Below, piece by piece: positions 57,680-64,000 of a stretch of 64,000 nucleotides of DNA. This stretch comes from Bacteroidetes bacterium MED-G17. Its GTDB lineage: Bacteria; Bacteroidota; Bacteroidia; NS11-12g; UBA9320. The stretch is from assembly GCA_002457675.1 (NCBI GenBank), contig NTKK01000004.1, forward strand, positions 27,666 to 91,665, in the 5' to 3' direction. Both the position numbers and the translations under genes were made by a program. The notes beneath the pieces are model-generated. The model worked only from the letters and a program-made list of their open reading frames with translations. It was not told where the DNA came from and ran no database searches. Each line of letters opens with the position of its first letter. Position 1 is the first letter of the stretch.

Positions 57680-57763
57680 GCCCTGGTGGTGGAATTGGTA
57701 GACACGCAGGACTTAAAATCCTGTGGCCTCACGGCCGTGCGGGTTCAAGTCCCGCCTGGGGCA
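57680..57763 (+). tRNA. tRNA-Leu (anticodon TAA), class II with long variable arm
   Basis: GCCCTGGTGGTGGAATTGGTAGACACG...CAGGA-CTTAAAA-TCCTG (anticodon TAA)...long variable arm GTGGCCTCACGGCCGTG...GCGGGTTCAAGTCCCGC T-arm. The acceptor stem pairs with two G-U wobbles. Confidence 0.85.
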
Positions 57764-57798
57764 CTTTCTCAGGTCTTTTTTGTTTCTTTGCTAGTAAG

Positions 57799-58563
57799 GT
57801 GTTAAAGTTACATTTATCATTCTTCGTAAAAGTCTCTGCATTTGCGCTGTTTTTTGCTCGAGCGTATGAGCTTTATTTTTTAAAAAGTCCTTTGGCTTGG
57901 ACCTTGTCTGAGTTAGGCCTTAATCCTGGGCACTTGTTTTTAAAGTTTATCGCCCTACTCCTGTTTTCTTTTGCCGTTCTTTCCTTGTTTATATCCCATA
58001 AAAATTTCTCCAAATATTGGGGATTTGTTTTACCTGCAGTTGTAATTAAGTTGAGCATACTTTTTTCCTATTTTTGGTCTAACCATTTTTATTGGCCAAA
58101 AATATTGGAATGGTCATGGCAAATTTTCATCCCATTGCTTTTTCTTTGGATCTACAAAAAGTATAGATCTTTTGATGCCACTCGTATTTATCTAAAAGTT
58201 CTGCTTTGCGCAAGTTTGCTACCACATGCTTTAGACAGCTTTGCTCTCTTCGAAAACAGCAGCCATTATGTATACCTCACTTACAGGTTACTTAATATAG
58301 ACCAATTTATGTTGGGCATTCCCAATCAAATCTTGGCTGCCTTTCATTTGTCTATGTGTTTTTTTGTATTTGTAAAAAGTGTACGAAAGCCCTTTCTCAT
58401 GTATGCCCTTATCTTAGGCCTTTTAGTTGCTTTGGCTCGCTTGGTTACTGGATATAATCAAGATTTTGTTATTCTTTCTACAAAGCATTTTGTTTTTGAT
58501 TGCTTTTTACACCTACCCTTGGTGCTTGTTCCCTTGTCCTTATTAAGCCTAAGGGTAAAATAA
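57799..58563 (+). CDS. hypothetical polytopic membrane protein
   Basis: 254 aa, about 7 hydrophobic helices, no recognised motif. Confidence 0.4.
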   Translation: MLKLHLSFFVKVSAFALFFARAYELYFLKSPLAWTLSELGLNPGHLFLKFIALLLFSFAVLSLFISHKNFSKYWGFVLPAVVIKLSILFSYFWSNHFYWPKILEWSWQIFIPLLFLWIYKKYRSFDATRIYLKVLLCASLLPHALDSFALFENSSHYVYLTYRLLNIDQFMLGIPNQILAAFHLSMCFFVFVKSVRKPFLMYALILGLLVALARLVTGYNQDFVILSTKHFVFDCFLHLPLVLVPLSLLSLRVK

Positions 58564-58647
58564 ATGTAAAATTTAGCATTTTTTCAAATAAGCTATTGCG
58601 CTTATTCCGTTTTAATTTTCTTTAAATTCGCCTAAAATTCAATCAGT

Positions 58648-59838
58648 ATGAACATTCATGAATACCAAGCAAAAAACATCCTTAAATCTTATGGTGTTGC
58701 CATACAAGAAGGCGTAGTTGTTGACAACATAGCGCATATTGAAACGGCAGTCAAACGGCTTCAAGCGGACACAGGTACCGACTGGGTAGTTGTCAAAGCC
58801 CAAATTCATGCTGGTGGACGTGGAAAAGGTGGTGGGGTAAAACTTGCCAAAAATTTGGATGAAGCAAAACAAAGAGTGCAGGATATTTTGGGGATGCAAT
58901 TGATTACACCGCAAACTGGGCCAGAAGGCAAAAAGGTGAATAAAGTGCTTATTGCTCAAGATGTATATTATCCAGGCGAAAATGAACCAAAAGAATTTTA
59001 TATGAGTGTCTTGCTTGACCGAAGCAAGCAACAAAATGTAATCATTTACACTACAGAAGGCGGAATGGACATTGAAGAAGTCGCTGAAAAAACTCCAGAA
59101 CTTATTCATAAGGAATGGATTGATCCTGCTGTAGGATTGCAAGGTTTTCAGGCAAGAAAAATTGCTTTCAATCTAGGGCTAAGTGGTCGGGCTATGAAAC
59201 AAATGGTCAAATTTGTTTTAAGCCTTTATAAAGCTTATGATGATACCGATTCAAGCATGTTTGAAATTAACCCTGTATTGAAAACCAGCGATGACAAAAT
59301 TATTGCGGTTGATGCCAAAGTAAATTTGGATGACAATGCCTTGTATAGACATCACGACCTAATGGAGCTTAGAGATATCAGCGAAGAAGACCCTACCGAA
59401 GTAGTTGCCAAAGAGCACGACTTAAACTATGTGAAACTTGATGGTAATGTGGGATGTATGGTCAATGGCGCTGGCCTGGCTATGGCTACGATGGACATCA
59501 TAAAGCTATCGGGTGGAGAACCAGCCAACTTTTTAGATGTTGGTGGCGGAGCCAATGCTCAAACAGTAGAAGCAGGTTTTAAAATCATATTAAAAGACCC
59601 CAATGTACGAGCCATTTTGATTAACATATTCGGTGGAATTGTGCGTTGCGATCGTGTGGCAAATGGTGTAGTTGAGGCGTATAAAAACATCGGCCAAATC
59701 AATGTGCCAATTATTGTAAGATTGCAGGGCACCAATGCTGAGGAGGCAAAAGAAATAATTGACAATAGCGGCTTACAAGTGCAAAGTGCCATTTTGTTAA
59801 AAGAAGCTGCTGAATTGGTTAAAGTAGCCGTGGCTTAG
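58648..59838 (+). CDS. sucC: succinate--CoA ligase (ADP-forming) beta subunit
   Basis: MNIHEYQAKNILKSYGV start; ATP-grasp region ...VVKAQIHAGGRGKGGGVKLAKN...; C-terminal ...NIFGGIVRCDRVANGV.... 396 aa. Confidence 0.95.
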   Translation: MNIHEYQAKNILKSYGVAIQEGVVVDNIAHIETAVKRLQADTGTDWVVVKAQIHAGGRGKGGGVKLAKNLDEAKQRVQDILGMQLITPQTGPEGKKVNKVLIAQDVYYPGENEPKEFYMSVLLDRSKQQNVIIYTTEGGMDIEEVAEKTPELIHKEWIDPAVGLQGFQARKIAFNLGLSGRAMKQMVKFVLSLYKAYDDTDSSMFEINPVLKTSDDKIIAVDAKVNLDDNALYRHHDLMELRDISEEDPTEVVAKEHDLNYVKLDGNVGCMVNGAGLAMATMDIIKLSGGEPANFLDVGGGANAQTVEAGFKIILKDPNVRAILINIFGGIVRCDRVANGVVEAYKNIGQINVPIIVRLQGTNAEEAKEIIDNSGLQVQSAILLKEAAELVKVAVA

Positions 59839-59990
59839 TTTGTTTTTGACATCAAAGGCAATTTTATTTTTATTTTTTGCTTTCCTTTTTTAGCTTTTGA
59901 TACAATTTCTCCACATTTGTTTCAAACCTTTTTTCAAAAAATATTTTTAATGTATTTTGCTTTTATTCTTATAAATAGTTTAGCAACAAC

Positions 59991-60581
59991 ATGACAGTAG
60001 AACAAAAAATTGAACAGATTATCAGCAAGTACGACTTGCTGAATCATCCATTTTACCAAGCATGGTCCGCAGGTACGCTGCCCGAAGAAAAATTAAGCGA
60101 ATACACCAAAGAATATGGTACTTTCATTCAGCTAATTGCTGAAGGTTGGGGAAAAGCTGGCTACAAAAAAATCCAAAAAGTAGAGGAAGAGCATTTTTTA
60201 CTTTGGAAAGACTTTGCGAAAAGTTTGGGTCAAAACAACATCGAACAAAGCATAGAAGAGGTAGGGAAACTTAATACAGACTGCCAAAATTACTTCCAAA
60301 ACAAAGTAACTGCTTTGGGTGCCCTTTTGGCATTTGAAAATCAACAGCCGCATACCGCCACCTCTAAACTAGAAGGTTTACAAAGCCATTACAAACACCT
60401 AAAAGCAGATGAGACCTATTTTGAAATACACAAAAATGATTGGGATGAACCTGCACTATTGGTAGAGGAAATCAAAGATATGAATGATGAAAATCAAGCA
60501 TCTTCCTTGGAAGCATTAGAAGGCACTTGCCAAAACCTATGGAATGCACTAAGTGGTATTTTAGGTGATGCAGAATGCTAA
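59991..60581 (+). CDS. CADD / PqqC / TenA-like haem-oxygenase-fold protein
   Basis: LLNHPFYQAWSAGTLPEEKLSEYTKEYGTFIQ against Chlamydia CADD MLEHTFYVKWSKGELTKEQLQAYAKDYYLHIK. Downstream EEEHFLLWKDFAKSLG, ALLAFENQQP, TSKLEGLQSHY and YFEIHKNDWDEPAL parallel the CADD metal-ligand and Lys regions. Confidence 0.6.
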   Translation: MTVEQKIEQIISKYDLLNHPFYQAWSAGTLPEEKLSEYTKEYGTFIQLIAEGWGKAGYKKIQKVEEEHFLLWKDFAKSLGQNNIEQSIEEVGKLNTDCQNYFQNKVTALGALLAFENQQPHTATSKLEGLQSHYKHLKADETYFEIHKNDWDEPALLVEEIKDMNDENQASSLEALEGTCQNLWNALSGILGDAEC

Positions 60582-60610
60582 TTAAATAAATCTAAGTTCG
60601 GAAATCCGTA

Positions 60611-60642
60611 AAAAAGCACTTTCTTCCCAAAGTGCTTTTTTT
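60611..60642. terminator. bidirectional intrinsic terminator between convergent CADD-like and M61 genes
   Basis: aaAAAGCACTTT cttccc AAAGTGCTTT tttt. A perfect 10-bp inverted repeat with a 6-nt loop, an A-run 5' and a T-run 3'. Confidence 0.6.
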
Positions 60643-62407
60643 ATGGCATCCATTTCCGCAAAGCTTTTTCTTGAAAATCAGAAATTTCCTTCTTCACTGA
60701 TAGCATATATCGGAATTCTTTTGCTGATTGATTTGTCAACAAAACAGACATCATACGACCATCACGTTGGAAACTTAATTCAAGTAAATTTTCTCTTGGT
60801 TTCATCGTTTTGATGAAATCTGGCAAACTTTGATTAATGCGGTATCCGTTGATGGCAATTAACTCATCGTTGGCACTTAACCCAGCCTTCATCGCACTTG
60901 AGCCGTATGCAATTGAAACTATTTTGGTAATCCCTCCACTATATTGAGTTTGCATGCCAAAAGGGACCCCTTGTCTCTCTTGAATGCTTATTTTCAAGCC
61001 TATTTCCTCTAAAATTGTGTAATCCAAGCTTCCTTTGCCATATACCCATTGATCTATTGCCTTTGTCAAATCTATGCCAGTCAGCTTGTTTACAGTATTT
61101 ACAAAAGTTTGAAATGTAAAACCAGCACCGTCTTTTTTATAGGTATCCCAATACAATTCATACATCAAATTATCGAGTGATTTTTCGCCATTGGTGGCTT
61201 TTAGTATATGTGCGTTGAGCAAAAGTGCTAAAAGCATGCCCTTGTTATAATAAGAAATATTGGTGTTCTTCGAGTCTCTATTTGGGTTGTATAATTTCAC
61301 CCAAGCATTCTTACTAGAATGAGCCAAGCTCATAACATTTTTTCCTGGGGTGTTTTCATAGCTTGAAATTTGCCCAGCAACTTGCCGCAAATAGTCAGAA
61401 CGGCTAGTAAATCCAGCACGATGAATTGTTAATTTATCATAAAAAGAAGTAAAGCCTTCAGCAAACCAAAGCAATTCGGTATAGTTTTCATTGTGATAGT
61501 CAAACGGCCCTAATTCAATTGGTCTGAGACGTTTAACATTCCATAAATGGAAGTATTCATGTGCAATAAGCCGAAGAAAACCCAAGTATTTGTTTCGATT
61601 GGCATAGGCAAAGCGATTGACCATGCTTGTTTGGGAATTTTTATGTTCTAAACCACCCCCACCATTGTCCACATTATAAACAAAGTGAATATAAATGGGC
61701 CCGGCTGGCTGGTCATTAAATAATTTGTATTGTTCATCGCTTATGGTTTTAAAATCTCTTCTAATTTGAGCGAGTTTATAGTTGCCTTTGCCCAACATGA
61801 CTACACAATGGGTCAAGCCAGCTGACTGGTATTGAACCGTATCAAAATTTCCAATCGCGAGCGGTGCGTCAGCTAAATCATCATAATTGGGTAGGGAAAA
61901 GTTATATGGCCCTAGTTCTTTCGCAGCTATGTGGGCGCTAGACCAATGACGAAGAGGTTTTATTTGTAAATCAATTTCATTATGTTCAAAACCTTCGACC
62001 AACATAAACGCTGAAGGTCCGTGAAGAAACGCATATTCGCCGTCAACATAGCTCTCACGTACACTTTGCTCAAAGCAAAAAACATTGTAGGTAAACGAAA
62101 CTTCCTTGAAATCCTCGCAGGCAACTACCCAAGTATTCTTATCTTCTTTTGAAACAAAAAGTGATTTGTCGCCGCTTTCAGCATAGACCTTATCAATGTT
62201 TCTAGAAAATTCACGAATTTTATAAGACCCAGGTGTCCATGTAGGCATACTGAAACGCAATTCTTTAATTTTAGGATCTTTTATAAGTTCTATAGTAATA
62301 CTTGCATAGTGATTGTTCCATCTTGGAAAGGAAACTTGATATGAAATTTGTGCCATAATCGCTTGACTTATGAGTGTGAAAAAAAATAAAATGCTGAGCT
62401 TTTTCAT
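60641..62407 (-). CDS. M61-family glycyl aminopeptidase with C-terminal PDZ domain (secreted)
   Basis: Signal peptide from the internal Met (MKKLSILFFFTLISQAIMAQ). HExxH zinc motif IAHEYFHLWNVKRL. C-terminal PDZ-like region (...GLSANDELIAINGYRINQ...). The ATG overlaps the upstream gene's stop (ATGA). Confidence 0.8.
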   Translation of the reverse strand: MKKLSILFFFTLISQAIMAQISYQVSFPRWNNHYASITIELIKDPKIKELRFSMPTWTPGSYKIREFSRNIDKVYAESGDKSLFVSKEDKNTWVVACEDFKEVSFTYNVFCFEQSVRESYVDGEYAFLHGPSAFMLVEGFEHNEIDLQIKPLRHWSSAHIAAKELGPYNFSLPNYDDLADAPLAIGNFDTVQYQSAGLTHCVVMLGKGNYKLAQIRRDFKTISDEQYKLFNDQPAGPIYIHFVYNVDNGGGGLEHKNSQTSMVNRFAYANRNKYLGFLRLIAHEYFHLWNVKRLRPIELGPFDYHNENYTELLWFAEGFTSFYDKLTIHRAGFTSRSDYLRQVAGQISSYENTPGKNVMSLAHSSKNAWVKLYNPNRDSKNTNISYYNKGMLLALLLNAHILKATNGEKSLDNLMYELYWDTYKKDGAGFTFQTFVNTVNKLTGIDLTKAIDQWVYGKGSLDYTILEEIGLKISIQERQGVPFGMQTQYSGGITKIVSIAYGSSAMKAGLSANDELIAINGYRINQSLPDFIKTMKPRENLLELSFQRDGRMMSVLLTNQSAKEFRYMLSVKKEISDFQEKALRKWMP

Positions 62408-64000
62408 TTGGAAAAAATAATTGGTGTCAATTCTTCGAAGTGGGAAACTGGTTTTTCGCAGGATTGGTTTCTGCATAAATAATATTTTGTTTCCTTTTGC
62501 CAACGACCTGCAAATAAAGGAATATTATCTTGTGGTTTATCGCTAAATGTAATTCGTATTTGTGGTAAATATTCACTGTGTAGTTCTTTCGCTGCATTTT
62601 TGGCATCTTCTCCGGTTATAACCAGCTCAAAACTTGGCTCTACATTATCTAAGTAAAGTAATAGCCAATTAGCGTATGCACCACCATAGTTTTCCATAGC
62701 TTCTTGAATTGGGATAAGCATATTTCTACTTCGTACGATATATGCATCTAAACCAAAATATAAACCCAATGTATACAAGTTCTCAGCCATAATAGAATTG
62801 TCAGAAGGGATAACATTGTCTGTTATTTGCTTCGGAATGTGGTGCAGGTCAGAGGCTTTTTTCTTAGACATATGAAAATAAGTATGTCCATCGTCTAAAA
62901 AGAGTTTATCTGCTGAAATTTGAAGTTGTTTGGCAAGTTGGAGATAGTCAGAACTCGAGGTCAATTCAAAAAGCCGAATTAGTGCCTTTATATAAAGAGC
63001 ATAATCTTCACAGAGGCCTTCTATACTTGACTTCCCATTTTTATATGCATGCCATAATTGTGGTGTATCTCCTTGCATTAAGCAATTGTCTTTCAAAAAT
63101 TGGTGCATTTCAATCGCATCATAAAGGTATTTTTCCTTATTAAAAGCAGCATAAGCATCACATAAGCCAATCATCATTAAAGCATTCCAACTGGTTAGCG
63201 ACTTGTCATCCAAAGCTGGTTTTATCCTTTTTTGCCGAACATTAAATAACTTTTGATTGATGCTTTCCACACTTTCTTGGAATTCGCTCAAAGACATATT
63301 GTGCTTTTGAGCAAGCACTGTATCCATTTCTCTTCTTAAAAGTATAAATTTATTTTCTTCCCAATAGCCAAAATGATTCAAATTATAATAGTCTTCTGCC
63401 AACTGCATTTCTTCAGGATTTAAAATGTCTTTGATTTCTTTTTTTTCCCAGACGTAAAATTTACCCTCTTCACCTTCGCTATCGGCATCCAAAGCAGCGT
63501 AGTAAGGGCCATTGTCTTGTTTCAACTCTTTCTGAATAAAGGCGATGCACTGTTCAGCTACTTTTTGATAAAGTGGGTTTTTGGTTCTTTTATAAGCATC
63601 AGAATAAACAGAAATTAACTGTGCATTGTCGTAAAGCATTTTTTCAAAATGAGGAACCTTCCAAATTTCGTCTGTACTATATCTTGCAAACCCACCCCCC
63701 AAATGATCGTAAATACCACCAAAAGCCATTGAATTCAAACTCAAGTCCACCTGTTTAAGTAACTCATCTTTTTTGCTCTGATAGGCATAGCGAGTCAAAA
63801 ATTGAAGATTACTTGGCATCGGAAATTTTGGTGCGCTTAAAGTTCCACCATTTTGATAATCTAAACGATTCACCCATTTTTCTATCGAATTTTTAGGAAT
63901 TTGCTGATTCAAGGTTTGTTCCTTGTTGAAAGAAAAGTGATTTTGTGCCGCAACACCTTCGGCAAGTTGCCCAGCAAATTGAACAAGTTTTTCATTGTTT
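62404..64000 (-). CDS. YyaL/DUF255-family protein (six-hairpin glycosidase-like domain). The N-terminal thioredoxin-like part lies beyond the window.
   Basis: ...NGGTLSAPKFPMPSNLQFLTRYAY...GGIYDHLGGGFARYSTDEIWKVPHFEKMLYDNAQL matches the YyaL family (GGFGxAPKFP..., FEKMLYDNA). The reading frame stays open upstream of the track's TTG start to position 64000, so the gene is truncated by the window edge. Confidence 0.65.
   Translation of the reverse strand, partial: NNEKLVQFAGQLAEGVAAQNHFSFNKEQTLNQQIPKNSIEKWVNRLDYQNGGTLSAPKFPMPSNLQFLTRYAYQSKKDELLKQVDLSLNSMAFGGIYDHLGGGFARYSTDEIWKVPHFEKMLYDNAQLISVYSDAYKRTKNPLYQKVAEQCIAFIQKELKQDNGPYYAALDADSEGEEGKFYVWEKKEIKDILNPEEMQLAEDYYNLNHFGYWEENKFILLRREMDTVLAQKHNMSLSEFQESVESINQKLFNVRQKRIKPALDDKSLTSWNALMMIGLCDAYAAFNKEKYLYDAIEMHQFLKDNCLMQGDTPQLWHAYKNGKSSIEGLCEDYALYIKALIRLFELTSSSDYLQLAKQLQISADKLFLDDGHTYFHMSKKKASDLHHIPKQITDNVIPSDNSIMAENLYTLGLYFGLDAYIVRSRNMLIPIQEAMENYGGAYANWLLLYLDNVEPSFELVITGEDAKNAAKELHSEYLPQIRITFSDKPQDNIPLFAGRWQKETKYYLCRNQSCEKPVSHFEELTPIIFSK

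Overview
This is an AT-rich, densely packed chromosomal segment that looks like Bacteroidota (Flavobacteriia-type). It is mostly core genome. A type IX secretion (T9SS) signature runs through the window: a PorX-like response regulator plus seven proteins with recognisable T9SS C-terminal sorting domains (CTDs). No CRISPR arrays, IS elements, integrases, rRNA genes or long non-coding gaps were seen; the largest intergenic gaps are about 150 bp.

Core and housekeeping genes identified:
- ppk1 (partial, runs off the 5' edge)
- a cell-envelope/LPS cluster: O-antigen-ligase-like membrane protein, LysM protein, NfeD, GT9 heptosyltransferase, MORN/YwqK-repeat protein, GT4, GH3-family protein
- rseP, followed by an overlapping HscB-like J-domain gene
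- a TonB-dependent receptor
- a four-gene minus-strand operon: PorX-like response regulator, tsaE, M28 peptidase (T9SS CTD), beta-CASP MBL-fold hydrolase
- the lipid A block: HD-domain protein, lpxD, fused lpxC/fabZ, lpxA, a short ABC ATPase
- an M16 peptidase, a ComB-family phosphatase, thiolase, groES-groEL, a DAACS symporter, topA, gcvP, mutS, sucC
- an S8 peptidase (T9SS CTD), tRNA-Gly(GCC) and tRNA-Leu(TAA), an M61 peptidase, and a YyaL-like gene running off the 3' edge

The most unusual region is a tight five-gene minus-strand operon at 52689-57526, bounded by the tRNA pair. It encodes a di-haem cytochrome c peroxidase/MauG-family protein, an adjacent secreted protein in an MbnP/MbnH-like arrangement, two cupredoxin/multicopper-oxidase-like proteins with atypical copper-ligand motifs, and another T9SS cargo protein. 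I read this as a candidate cell-surface copper/redox module. That reading is inference from motifs and gene order only.

Other points worth a second look:
- a CADD/PqqC-like protein at 59991-60581 that could be a self-sacrificing pABA synthase
- a secreted 690-aa protein with a caspase-like His/Cys dyad
- an operon pairing a small BtuB-like TonB-dependent receptor with a T9SS cargo protein
- a 75-residue hydrophilic insertion in the DAACS symporter

All family assignments come from reading the six-frame translations. No database search was possible, so each assignment is a hypothesis that HMM or BLAST comparison would confirm or refute.
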